A DNA stretch of 56,125 nt from Candidatus Magasanikiibacteriota bacterium (lineage in GTDB: Bacteria; Patescibacteriota; Patescibacteriia; Magasanikbacterales; JACTTX01): positions 1 to 56,125 of the forward strand of contig JACTTX010000009.1 in NCBI GenBank assembly GCA_015661005.1, read 5' to 3'. Shown here piece after piece: positions 29,296 to 38,736 of the stretch (position 1 is its first letter; every line of letters begins with the position of its first letter). The position numbers and the translations under genes are program-made. Below the pieces are notes generated by a model. The model did not search any database. It saw only the letters and a list, made by a program, of their open reading frames with translations, and had not been told where the DNA came from.

Positions 29296-30663
29296 TTATC
29301 GGAATTGAAAATATAAAAGCGCGATTACCGAAGCGGCCATAATCAGAACCGTGAGCCAAAGAAAAATATTACTTATCAAAGAATTTTTTGCACGGCCCAT
29401 AATTTTCTTGTTGTTGCCGATGACGAGCATCATGATAATCAAAGGCACGGCAATGAAACCGTTCACAACGGCGGCATAGACCAAGGCCTTAATGGGGCTC
29501 ACGCCGATAAAATTAATCAGCAAGCCAATGATGGTTGAAATGGTGATGATGCCGTAAAAACCATGTGCTTCTTTAAAGGGACGATACAGTCCGGTTTTCC
29601 ATCCGAGCGCTTCGGAAAGGGCGTAGGAAGATGAGCCGGCCAAAATTGGAACGGCCAAGAACCCCGTGCCAATTATTCCGAACGCAAAAAGATAGGAGGC
29701 AAAGCGGCCGGCAAACGGTTCCAAGGCGGCCGCGGCATCCTGGGCCGTTTCAATGGGAAGGTGTTGGGGAAAAATTACGGCGGCCGCCGTCAAGATCACA
29801 AAAAACATTACCACGTTGGACACGATCATCCCAACCGTCACATCCGAGCGCATCGCTTTGAGCTCTTCGGCGCTCGCACCGCGCCGCGCTCGCAAAGTTG
29901 TTCGGCCGGCGGCGATTTCCTCTTCCACTTCCTCTGATGCCTGCCAAAAAAACAGATAAGGAGAAATCGTTGTGCCGAAAATTGCGACCAAACTTAGGAC
30001 GAAATCCTTTTGCAGATGAAACTGCGGTATAATGAGATTTTTAGCAATGTCTGCCCAATCCGCATTGATCAAAAATCCGGTGATGACATAAGCGGCGACG
30101 GACAAAGTCAGCCATTTCAAAAACTTGGCATAGGATTTATAAGTGACAAAGACTTCTAAAATCAAAGTGATGACCGTAAAACCGAGAGCCAGAAAGATAA
30201 AAGGGAGAGGAACGATGAGTTCCGCGGCTGCGGCCATCGCGCCAATGTCAACCCCGATATTGATGGTGTTGGCCATGACTAAAAGCCAAACGGCAGAATA
30301 AAGAAGTTTTTTTGAATAAAAACGACGCAAAACACCGGCCAAGCCCTCGCCAGTTACCATACCAATACGCGCGGACGCCTCTTGCACCGCAGTCATTAGC
30401 GGCAAAGAGAAAAGAGATGTCCAAATTTGCGTTAGACCAAAAGTTGCGCCGGAGGCGGCGTAAGTGCCAATACCGGACGGGTCGTCATCAGAAACGCCAG
30501 TAATGAGCCCGGGGCCAAATGATTTAAAAAGACGCCGGACCCAGCCGATTTTTTTTTCGGGTATAACCGGCGCATGACTATGAAACTCGCCGTAGGCGGT
30601 TTCAATCGCGTGGACTTCTTTCTGCGCGTTAACGATCTTTTTAAGTTTTGCGGCGTGCTCCAT
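29296..30663 (-). CDS. NRAMP-family divalent metal transporter
   Basis: GPGLITG..DDDPSGI, GTTISPYLFFWQ, about 11 TM segments. Confidence 0.9.
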   Translation of the reverse strand: MEHAAKLKKIVNAQKEVHAIETAYGEFHSHAPVIPEKKIGWVRRLFKSFGPGLITGVSDDDPSGIGTYAASGATFGLTQIWTSLFSLPLMTAVQEASARIGMVTGEGLAGVLRRFYSKKLLYSAVWLLVMANTINIGVDIGAMAAAAELIVPLPFIFLALGFTVITLILEVFVTYKSYAKFLKWLTLSVAAYVITGFLINADWADIAKNLIIPQFHLQKDFVLSLVAIFGTTISPYLFFWQASEEVEEEIAAGRTTLRARRGASAEELKAMRSDVTVGMIVSNVVMFFVILTAAAVIFPQHLPIETAQDAAAALEPFAGRFASYLFAFGIIGTGFLAVPILAGSSSYALSEALGWKTGLYRPFKEAHGFYGIITISTIIGLLINFIGVSPIKALVYAAVVNGFIAVPLIIMMLVIGNNKKIMGRAKNSLISNIFLWLTVLIMAASVIALLYFQFR

Positions 30664-30689
30664 GCCGCAAATTATAACATGTTCACGGG

Positions 30690-31304
30690 TTAGGCCATGC
30701 TAAACTTGCGGATAACAGCGCGCACTACTCCTTGGATAATTGGATCATGACAAAAGATTGGTTGCATGGAGGTGTTGGCGGGCTGAAGACGGATACGGTC
30801 ACGTTCACGATAAAACTTTTTGAGCGTGGCAAAAGCGTTATCCAGCAGAGCCACCACCACGTCACCGTTTCTTGGTGAAGGATTCCGCTCCACCACCACA
30901 AAGTCCCCGTCAAAAATACCTTCATCTATCATGGACTCGCCTTTCACCTTAAGCACATAAGAGTTGGCGCCATCCACCACAAAGTCCGCGGGCACGGCCA
31001 CGCTCTCCTGCCCCGCGTCCACTGCTTCAATGGGCTCACCAGCCGCAATGAGTCCGAGGAGCGGCAAAATCAACGCCCGTGTCATTCCAACGGCTTTAGA
31101 TGTGGGAATGAGGGAACGAGACGCCCCAGACCGCGATTGGGCCAAATAACCCTGCTCCTTGAGCGCTTCCACATGCTCATGGACGGTGGCGACGGATGAG
31201 AGACCAAACTCCGTAGCAATTTCTTCAAATGACGGGGCATAGTCATGCTGTTTAACATGATTGATAATGAAATTGAGAAGCTCCTTCTTTCTTTTGGTGA
31301 GCAT
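30690..31304 (-). CDS. lexA: SOS repressor LexA
   Basis: N-terminal HTH, IAAG cleavage site, GESM catalytic Ser, TLKK catalytic Lys. Confidence 0.95.
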   Translation of the reverse strand: MLTKRKKELLNFIINHVKQHDYAPSFEEIATEFGLSSVATVHEHVEALKEQGYLAQSRSGASRSLIPTSKAVGMTRALILPLLGLIAAGEPIEAVDAGQESVAVPADFVVDGANSYVLKVKGESMIDEGIFDGDFVVVERNPSPRNGDVVVALLDNAFATLKKFYRERDRIRLQPANTSMQPIFCHDPIIQGVVRAVIRKFSMA

Positions 31305-31310
31305 AGAATG

Positions 31311-31355
31311 ATTATACCGAACAAAAACCGAAAGTCAAATCAAGGATGTGGATAA
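31311..31355 (-). promoter_or_regulatory. lexA promoter with direct-repeat operator TTCGG-N6-TTCGG and upstream DnaA box
   Basis: TTGACT-[TTCGGtttttgTTCGG]-TATAAT, 6 nt before the ATG; TGTGGATAA at 31347-31355. Confidence 0.75.
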
Positions 31356-31371
31356 GTACTCAAAAACGAAG

Positions 31372-31491
31372 AGTGAACTGCAAATATCGTGTATGTTGAA
31401 TAGTAACCTTTAAATGTCGTGTTCTCCAAACAAGAACGCCATTTACAGGTTACTATTCAACACAAAGCAAGAACGCTTCTTGCAACTTACT
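31372..31491. repeat. nested family-A palindromic element
   Basis: Inner TGTTGAATAGTAACCT..CGTGTTCTCCAAACAAGAACG..AGGTTACTATTCAACA; degenerate outer arms repeat CAAATATCGTGT / CAAGAACG. Confidence 0.9.
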
Positions 31492-31514
31492 GTTCCCCAT
31501 TGATTACTTTTCCT

Positions 31515-32213
31515 TTATCTATGATGCTTATTAATAATAATCGCTCTTGCCTTATTATATTGCCGCACCGTCGGCAACCACGGAAACAATTTGTAAGCAA
31601 ATGAAGGCAACCACCGGCTCATCTTGCCGTAGTGCGTGGAAACGCGGAATAATTCTTCCTTAATCGCGATGCCAACACTTCCTTTTTCGAGCAGGGTGAG
31701 CCAAAGATCCCAATCCTGAAAACGCCGGAGCGTTTCATCAAATCCGGGAAACGCCTCTCGGCGGATGAGTGAGGTGGTATGAATAAAATTATTAACGCGT
31801 AAAATCGCGGAATCAAAATCTGGCGCCGCCATTTTTTTAAAACCAAAACGGAAACGGCTGTAAACATAGGCCGCTGACGGATGCTCGCTTAAGGCGCGAA
31901 CCATTTTTTCTAACATTGTTGGAATCATTTGAACGTCGGCATCGCAAAAAATTACCATCTCGCCGCGAGACAACTTAAATCCGGTATTGCGCGCCACCGG
32001 AGCGCCGCTATGTTCAATCCGCTGATATTGAAGCGAGGGAAAAATTTTTCCGCACTCTTTGAGCGTGTTCTCAATCGCATCAGTTGAACCGTCATCAACA
32101 ATTATCACTTCAAAATCTTGAAACGTCTGTTTAGAAATACTTTGACAACAGGGAATTAATTCTTCCGCATGATTATAAACTGGAATGATGATGGAAATTT
32201 TCGGCGGCGTCAT
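31515..32213 (-). CDS. glycosyltransferase family 2
   Basis: ISIIIPVYN, VDDGSTD, FCDAD, QDWDLW. Confidence 0.92.
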   Translation of the reverse strand: MTPPKISIIIPVYNHAEELIPCCQSISKQTFQDFEVIIVDDGSTDAIENTLKECGKIFPSLQYQRIEHSGAPVARNTGFKLSRGEMVIFCDADVQMIPTMLEKMVRALSEHPSAAYVYSRFRFGFKKMAAPDFDSAILRVNNFIHTTSLIRREAFPGFDETLRRFQDWDLWLTLLEKGSVGIAIKEELFRVSTHYGKMSRWLPSFAYKLFPWLPTVRQYNKARAIIINKHHR

Positions 32214-32229
32214 AATTGAGAAGTTATAA

Positions 32230-33408
32230 TTACGCCTTCCGCGTTGGCAACTCCGTCAATCGCGATTTTAGTTTTTGAACTTGGATCTCCGGCTGAAAAT
32301 CTTTTTGGTTGCGTAGACGAGCCCGCTCGCCTAAGGTGAGCGCCAACGTCGCATCGTCTTTAAGACGTGAAGTGGCCCGCACAATCTCTTCTGTTTTTTC
32401 GGGATCAACAATAATTCCGGTTTCTCCTTCAATGATGGCTTCGCCAACTCCGCCTCCCGCGCCGCCAATCGCCGGTTTGCCAAAAGCGGCGGCCTCCAGA
32501 AAAACAATGCCAAATCCTTCCACATCTTCTTTTGACTCGCGCGAAGGCATAATAAAAACGTTGGCTACCGATAGCCACTCTGCGGTCTCCAAATCCGAGA
32601 GCGGTCCGGTGAAACGAACACTGTTTTGCAAACCAAGTTCCACCACTTGGCGCCCCAAGGCGTTAATTTCCGGCCCGTCGCCGACTAAAACGTAGACCAA
32701 ATCGTGATATTTTTTAAGGATTACCGGTAAAGCGGCAATAACCGCATCAAATCCTTTGCGCTTAATCATTCGGCCAATGGAAAGCAAAATCCATTTGCGC
32801 TCCACGGCATAACGGCTCCGTAAATCATTCATTGCTGATTCCGAAACCGGAAAGCGAGCGGGCGTCAAATGAGCGCATGGATAAACCACAATGACGCGCG
32901 TTCCTATTTTGACGCGGTCGCGGGCATTGAACAATGATAAAAGATTTTTTTTAGTCGCTTCGGAATTAACGGTGATTAAATGCGCGCGACGCAAAATCAT
33001 TCGCGCCATCTGCCGTTTCCAAAAATGAGCGGCGGCGGATTTAACGTCCAGACCGTGAAGAGAAATGATGAATGGCGTGCGGCGCCACCACTTGGCCCAA
33101 AGAGCGGCGTAGCCCAAAGGCAAGAGATGGCTGACGTGTAAAAAATCTATTTTTTCTTTTTTGACAAAACGGCGGACGGCTTTGAGCGTCGGCATCCATG
33201 TCGGCCACAAAAATTTTCTCATCAACCGTTCTTTGATCACGCGGCGTCCGCTCGCATCTTTAAGTTCACCGCGCTGGCGGCGATCAGTGACATTAAGCAG
33301 TACAACAGCTTCATCAAAAGAAAATTGCGCGATGGTTGACGCGAGGGAATTACCAAGTCCGCCGATCTGCTCGGGCGGATATTCAAGAGTGAGGAAACCG
33401 ATGCGCAT
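32230..33408 (-). CDS. glycosyltransferase family 4
   Basis: GR..RKG, EGFGIVFLEA. Confidence 0.92.
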   Translation of the reverse strand: MRIGFLTLEYPPEQIGGLGNSLASTIAQFSFDEAVVLLNVTDRRQRGELKDASGRRVIKERLMRKFLWPTWMPTLKAVRRFVKKEKIDFLHVSHLLPLGYAALWAKWWRRTPFIISLHGLDVKSAAAHFWKRQMARMILRRAHLITVNSEATKKNLLSLFNARDRVKIGTRVIVVYPCAHLTPARFPVSESAMNDLRSRYAVERKWILLSIGRMIKRKGFDAVIAALPVILKKYHDLVYVLVGDGPEINALGRQVVELGLQNSVRFTGPLSDLETAEWLSVANVFIMPSRESKEDVEGFGIVFLEAAAFGKPAIGGAGGGVGEAIIEGETGIIVDPEKTEEIVRATSRLKDDATLALTLGERARLRNQKDFQPEIQVQKLKSRLTELPTRKA

Positions 33409-33444
33409 AGTTGGAGGTTAGAAGCTGGAAGCTGGAAGCTGGAA
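33409..33444. repeat. heptamer tandem repeat (GAAGCTG)n
   Basis: AGTTGGAGGTTAGAAGCTGGAAGCTGGAAGCTGGAA; inverse copies near 33585, 6560 and 18685. Confidence 0.8.
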
Positions 33445-33454
33445 TGTGTGGCGA

Positions 33455-33564
33455 GTGCGCATCTCTATTTGTTCGACATGGGTCCCGCGCATCTCTGATG
33501 ATAACACTAAGGTAGCGCAAACCCATGTCTCACAAACCCATGTCTCACAAACAGAGATGCGCAC
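33455..33564. repeat. nested palindrome with 15-bp tandem duplication
   Basis: GTGCGCATCTCT/AGAGATGCGCAC ends; GACATGGGT pairs with (ACCCATGTCTCACAA)x2. Confidence 0.85.
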
Positions 33565-33604
33565 CCTTAACAACATTTTTATATTCCAGCTTCTATCTTC
33601 ATAT

Positions 33605-34979
33605 TCATTTGCCATTCAACATCCTAACACCCAACTTCCGCCAAGAAACTGCCCGCAGAACAAGAATCATCGCGCCATAAATCAGCGCGCCAATCAGGGC
33701 GGCAACCAGAACATGCGTAAAGGGCTTCACCAATAAAACCGCAACGCCCATCGCTACCGTAGCGGCGCCAAGTTTGAGCCAGCCCACAAGAAGCAATCGC
33801 CATGGTATCACAAGCGGCGGCCGCGGCCCCGGTTATTCCCCATCGCGGAATAAAAAATAAATTGGCGATGAGATTAACAACCATGGTGGCGCCCATGGCC
33901 AACGTCTGGGCGTGCTGGCGATTGCAGGCATTCAAAAGCGAACCCACCGGAAAATCCAAAAAAGAAAAAATCAGCGCGGCCATTAAAAAAATCAACGCCG
34001 ACGCGGCGACACCATACTCCGGCAGAAAGGCGAACGCCAAAATTTCCTTGGCCAAGACACTGATGCCGACGGCCACCGGAAAAACAATTAAGGAAAGAGT
34101 AAAAGTGGCGCGCTCAAAAAGATGCGCCAAACGCGTTTTATCGCGAGCAAAACACTCGGACATTGCCGGATAAAGGGCGGCGGAAACGGCCATCGGGATG
34201 AATTGAAAAGCAAACGCGATTTTGTAGGGCACGCTGTAAAGTCCGACGGCGCGGCTGTCATTCAAAGTGCGCAAAAGCACCGAATCCAATCCAGAATAGA
34301 CGCGAGTGAAAATACCGGCCAGCGCAAAAGGCACGGCTTCTTTCACGATAGTCGGCAAAATGGCCATGCGCCCGACACCAAAAAGAGAAATCTTCTGCCA
34401 ATGCCAAAGTGACCAAGTTGACCACAAAACATTAAAGAGTGATCCGCCGGCCAAGGCGGCAATTAAAGTGACGAGCGGCCAATGTAAGAAAAGCGCCACC
34501 GCGCCAAATCCCAAGGTGAGCGTCTGCCCGATCACCACGCCCACGGCCTCCACTTTCAAATTTTGATGGGCGCGAAAAACGCCGTAGACCGTCAAATGCA
34601 CCGAATCAAACATCATCACCGCGCCAGCGGCGACGATCAAAATAATTTCCTCGGGACTGTAATGCTTGAGACCAATCGCGAAGAAAACGGCCAGAGCGTA
34701 AGCGCAGAGAACAAGAATTATTTTCACCCCTAGAACGGTGTGCAAAATTTCTCGGGTGCGTTCACGAGCGCGGGAAATTTCCCGAATCATGACCGGCGTC
34801 AATCCCAAATCAGCGACAATGGAAAAAATTGTCGTGAAAGCCAACGCAAAGGAGTATTTCCCTTGCTCGCCGGCGCCGAGCAAATTGGAAATGTAAGTGA
34901 AATAGACAAAAGACAGTAATTTTTGAGCAACAGAAGCGGCGCTCAAATAAAAAGCGTTTTTAGCCACCGTGGCATTCAT
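33605..34979 (-). pseudogene. Wzx/MurJ-like (MOP superfamily) flippase with frame break near 33812
   Basis: VAKNA..DLGL..REIS, YSVPYK, IPRWGITGAAAA; the last TM helices (IPWRLLL...) are in another frame. Confidence 0.8.
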
Positions 34980-35050
34980 GGAGACATTGTACGCGATTTT
35001 ACGACTCGCTGAAAGCGCGAAGCGCTGTTGGCGCCATGCCCGCCAACGGA

Positions 35051-35082
35051 AACAAAAACGCCCACTCGCGCGGGCGCTTTTT
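35051..35082 (-). terminator. intrinsic terminator of the ribosomal-protein cluster
   Basis: CGCCC stem followed by TTTTTGTT on the minus strand. Confidence 0.7.
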
Positions 35083-35132
35083 AGAAGTGGCGCCTTTGAT
35101 TTTTAGAAGTGGCGCCTTTGAGAGTGACACCT
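35078..35132. repeat. 22-bp tandem repeat plus a 31-bp unit shared with 49758-49788
   Basis: (TTTTTAGAAGTGGCGCCTTTGA)x2 then GAGTGACACCT. Confidence 0.9.
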
Positions 35133-35134
35133 TT

Positions 35135-35770
35135 TTAACGCTTGGCCCATTGCGGCGCACGACGCGCGCCGCGCAAGCCGAACTTTTTACGTTCTTTCAT
35201 TCGCGGATCGCGGCGCAAATATCCCACGGCCTTCAAAACCTTGCGCAATCCTTCTTCCGTGGAAACAATGGCGCGAGCAATGGCGAGTCGCACCGCTTCC
35301 GCTTGAGCCGGTTGGCCGCCGCCCGCCACTTTGGCCGTAACGTCAACAACGCCTTCTTTTCCGGATATAGTGAGCGCCTCTTTCACGGTTTGTTGTTGAA
35401 TCCAAAATGGGAAATACGCTTCCAACGTCCGTCCGTTGATCACGATTTTCCCCGTTCCGCCGACGTAAACGCGAACGCGCGCGGCCGCTTCCTTGCGCCG
35501 CCCGACAGCGTTCACAAAAGGACGACCGACAAATTCCGCAAAAGCGGCGGCCACCACCCGTGGCGCCGTCACCACTGTTTGTCCTTCCGCCTTGAGAACG
35601 GATTTTTTCGGACCGGATTTTTTGATTACCGTCACGCGCACGCCTTTGGGCGCCACGGCCTTTGGCGTCACCGTCTTGACAGAAGGTTTCTTGGCGGCTT
35701 TCTCCACCGCGGCCTTTTCCGGCGCTTTTGTTTTGACAACTTTGTTGGATTTAAGGATTTTGTCAGCCAT
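35135..35770 (-). CDS. rpsI: 30S ribosomal protein S9 with Lys/Ala-rich N-terminal extension
   Basis: GRRKEA.ARV, RDPRMKERKKFGL..ARRAPQWAKR. Confidence 0.96.
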   Translation of the reverse strand: MADKILKSNKVVKTKAPEKAAVEKAAKKPSVKTVTPKAVAPKGVRVTVIKKSGPKKSVLKAEGQTVVTAPRVVAAAFAEFVGRPFVNAVGRRKEAAARVRVYVGGTGKIVINGRTLEAYFPFWIQQQTVKEALTISGKEGVVDVTAKVAGGGQPAQAEAVRLAIARAIVSTEEGLRKVLKAVGYLRRDPRMKERKKFGLRGARRAPQWAKR

Positions 35771-35774
35771 ATTA

Positions 35775-36125
35775 TTATTTCACGATGGTGAGCCGCTTCA
35801 TCAAGTGCTTCCGCGTCCGGTTCTTTGGCAACATAAATAGAACAGCATGTTCCAACACTTCTTCCGGCCGATGCTTCATAATATCTTTGACCGGCCGCAC
35901 TTTAATGCCGCCCGGATGAGTGGTGTGATGGCGCAAAGCTTTTTGTTCAATTTTCTTTCCGCTCCAGGACATTTGCGAAACATTCACGACTTTCACGATA
36001 TCTCCATCATCAATATGCGGCGTATAAGTGGCTTTTTGTTTCCCGCGCAAAAATCCGGCCACTTCTGTGGCGATTCTTCCGACCGGTTTTCCCGTAGCGT
36101 CAATTATGTGCGTTACTCGGCTCAT
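35775..36125 (-). CDS. rplM: 50S ribosomal protein L13
   Basis: IIDA..GRIAT..LRGK..YTPHID.GD, MLPKN. Confidence 0.95.
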   Translation of the reverse strand: MSRVTHIIDATGKPVGRIATEVAGFLRGKQKATYTPHIDDGDIVKVVNVSQMSWSGKKIEQKALRHHTTHPGGIKVRPVKDIMKHRPEEVLEHAVLFMLPKNRTRKHLMKRLTIVK

Positions 36126-36155
36126 ATTCATTTGATTGAAGCGTCAGCTGATTTA

Positions 36156-36302
36156 ACGTTTGAATAGTATCCTGCGAATGTCGTTCTTGTCTTATGTTGG
36201 ATAGTTGCCGACAAATGTCGTGTTGCTTTGAACAAGAACGGCATTTGCCGATTACTATTCAATATGTGACAAGAACGCCATTTGCAGGTTACTATCCAAC
36301 GT
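36156..36302. repeat. nested family-A element (a complete copy inside the apex of another complete copy)
   Basis: Outer arms 36156-36191/36268-36302; inner element 36193-36266. Confidence 0.92.
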
Positions 36303-36357
36303 CTACGTCATTGGCAAGTAACTATCTAAATAAATCATGAATCTCATTCTTCTTCAT

Positions 36358-36708
36358 TTACACCAACTCAATCATCACCGTCTCTCCTGCATCTCCCTGC
36401 CGCCGTCCGATTTTTATGATTCGCGTGTAGCCGCCAACCCGCTCCTTATACCGCGGCGCCAGCACTTCAAAAATTTTCTTGACCGGATGTTCCGTGGAGA
36501 ATTGAGATAAAAGCAATCGCCGTCCGGCTAAAGTTCCGGCCTTCCCGCGGGTAATTGCCCGTTCAACAATCGGCGCTACCGCCCGCGCCTTGGCATCCGT
36601 GGTTGTCACGCGCTCGTACAAAATCACCTGCGCCGCCAAATTCTTAAGCAGAGCCGTGCGCGGGCCGACTTTGCGATCAAGAGTAATTTTTTTCTTGCGA
36701 TGCCTCAT
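36358..36708 (-). CDS. rplQ: 50S ribosomal protein L17
   Basis: MRHRK, TTDAKAR, GGYTRIIK.GRRQGD. Confidence 0.96.
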   Translation of the reverse strand: MRHRKKKITLDRKVGPRTALLKNLAAQVILYERVTTTDAKARAVAPIVERAITRGKAGTLAGRRLLLSQFSTEHPVKKIFEVLAPRYKERVGGYTRIIKIGRRQGDAGETVMIELV

Positions 36709-36713
36709 AAAAA

Positions 36714-37517
36714 TTATTCCGCCTTCTCGGCGTTCGCCTCTTCAGAAACTTCCTCTTCCTTCTTCTTTCGTCCGCGTTTTTTAACCGGCTCTTCCGCCGT
36801 CATGGGCAAAGCGGCGGCCGCGGCTAAAACTTCAGATCCAGCCACAAACGAGAAGTGATCAATGATAATCTGCACGGCTTGACGCACGGCTTCAGCCGGA
36901 GAAATGGTGCCGTCCGTTTCAATCTTGAACGTTACTTTTTCATAATTGGTGATATCACCGACACGAGTGAACTCCACGGAATAACCAACATCCCGAACCG
37001 GCGTGTAGATGGCGTCAATGGCAATGGTGCCGAGTTCTAAACTTTTCCGATCCCGTTCTTCAACCGGCACAAAACCGCGTCCTTGCGCGACAAAAATTTC
37101 CATTTCTAAATCCCCTTTTCCGTCCGTCAGCGTGGCCAGATGCAAATCCTTATTCATGATTTCCACATTGGCGTCCGGTTCAATGTCGCTGGCCGTAACC
37201 TCCCGCTCTCCTTGGACGTGCAAGGACAAACGCACTTCTTCCGTGGTGAAAACCTTGAGACGCAGTTGTTTCAAATTCAAAATCACCTGCACGACATCCT
37301 CTTTAACGTTCGGGATGGTGCCAAACTCATGCGGCACACCCTTGATTTTGACCGCGGTTACGGCCGCGCCCGGCAGAGAGGAAAGCAAAACGCGACGCAG
37401 GGCGTTTCCAATGGTAGTGCCGTAACCCTGATGGAACGGCGTGATGGTCACCAAGGCCTCATTGGGCTTGGCGCCGGGCGTGTATTCAATCGTGGTGGGG
37501 AGTAAAATGTTTTCCAT
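36714..37517 (-). CDS. rpoA: RNA polymerase alpha subunit lacking the alpha-CTD
   Basis: GYGTTIGNALRRVLLSS, DAIYTPV, ETDGTISP; ends in a low-complexity charged tail. Confidence 0.95.
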   Translation of the reverse strand: MENILLPTTIEYTPGAKPNEALVTITPFHQGYGTTIGNALRRVLLSSLPGAAVTAVKIKGVPHEFGTIPNVKEDVVQVILNLKQLRLKVFTTEEVRLSLHVQGEREVTASDIEPDANVEIMNKDLHLATLTDGKGDLEMEIFVAQGRGFVPVEERDRKSLELGTIAIDAIYTPVRDVGYSVEFTRVGDITNYEKVTFKIETDGTISPAEAVRQAVQIIIDHFSFVAGSEVLAAAAALPMTAEEPVKKRGRKKKEEEVSEEANAEKAE

Positions 37518-37535
37518 ATTTTTGGAAAAAGAGCA

Positions 37536-38174
37536 TTAACGGGAATAGTACTCAACAATGGGCTTGGCGCTAAAAGCGTCCCCGAGTTCCATTCCCTGCG
37601 GCCGCGAGACAACGCGGGCGCTTAAATTATTAGTATCAAGTGATAACCAAGACGGCGGCGTGATCTTTTCCAGTGACGGTTTCAAATTCTCAAAATATTT
37701 TCCGTCTTTGTCCGAAACATGCACCACGATGGCGTCATCCAATCGCACCTGAATGGATGGAATGGTGACTTTTTTGCCGTTGACCGTAAAGTGGCCGTGA
37801 GCGACAAGTTGCCGCGCTTGGGCGCGCGATTTGGCGAGCCCCAAACGATAAATGACATTATCAAGACGCATTTCCAGCATCTGCTTCAAAATTTCTCCGG
37901 TATCGCCGGTTTTTTCCGAGGCCTTTATAACGTAATTGCGGAACTGGCGCTCAAAAATACCGTAGATGCGTTTGGCTTTCTGCTTCTCTCGCAACTGTTT
38001 GCCAAAACCGCTCATCTTCGGTTTGCGCGCGCCTTGCGTTGGGCCGTGCGCGCCGGGCGGAAAGGCGCGACGCACGACCGGACACTTGGACGTAAAACAT
38101 TTCTCACCTTTGAGGAAAAGTTTTTCGCCTTCACGGCGGCACTGGCGGCATTTTGGTCCGGTTAATCGTGCCAT
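37536..38174 (-). CDS. rpsD: 30S ribosomal protein S4
   Basis: CRQCRREG, QLREKQK, LEMRLDN, IVEYYSR. Confidence 0.97.
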   Translation of the reverse strand: MARLTGPKCRQCRREGEKLFLKGEKCFTSKCPVVRRAFPPGAHGPTQGARKPKMSGFGKQLREKQKAKRIYGIFERQFRNYVIKASEKTGDTGEILKQMLEMRLDNVIYRLGLAKSRAQARQLVAHGHFTVNGKKVTIPSIQVRLDDAIVVHVSDKDGKYFENLKPSLEKITPPSWLSLDTNNLSARVVSRPQGMELGDAFSAKPIVEYYSR

Positions 38175-38182
38175 AAATCAGG

Positions 38183-38692
38183 TTAGACGCGGCGCGGCCG
38201 TTTTTGGCGGCAACCGTTATGCGGGAGCGGCGTCATATCAATCACGGAAAGCACATTCAAACCGTTGGCGTTCAAGGCGCGAATGGCGCCTTCCCGCCCT
38301 TGTCCGATGCCTTTCAAAAAAACATCAACATCTCTCAAGCCCACATCGGCAATTTTTCCCAAAGCCGTTTTCACGATTATCCCGGCGGCGTACGGCGTTG
38401 ATTTTTTTGGGCCCTTGAAGCCGACTTGTCCGGCCGAGCACCAACCCAAAACATTTCCCTGCTTGTCCGCAAAGGTCACGATGGTGTTGTTGAAGGTTGC
38501 CAAAATATAAACATTGCCGTTGGTGATGGTCTTAGCGCCTTTCTTACGCTTGGCCTGTGGTTTGCGTTTAATTTTTGTTTTCCCGTCTTTTTTATCAGCT
38601 TCCGGTTTTTCTCCATTCTTTTCCGCAACGCCAACCTCACCGCCTTCGGCGGCCGCTATGTCAGTTTCTATTTTTTTTAGCTCGTCAGTCAT
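38183..38692 (-). CDS. rpsK: 30S ribosomal protein S11 with N-terminal extension
   Basis: TFNNT, GFKG.KKSTPYAA, TPLPHNGCR. Confidence 0.96.
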   Translation of the reverse strand: MTDELKKIETDIAAAEGGEVGVAEKNGEKPEADKKDGKTKIKRKPQAKRKKGAKTITNGNVYILATFNNTIVTFADKQGNVLGWCSAGQVGFKGPKKSTPYAAGIIVKTALGKIADVGLRDVDVFLKGIGQGREGAIRALNANGLNVLSVIDMTPLPHNGCRQKRPRRV

Positions 38693-38736
38693 ACCTTATA
38701 CTTATGCTTAAACATTCTCTATTCTCTATTCTCCCC

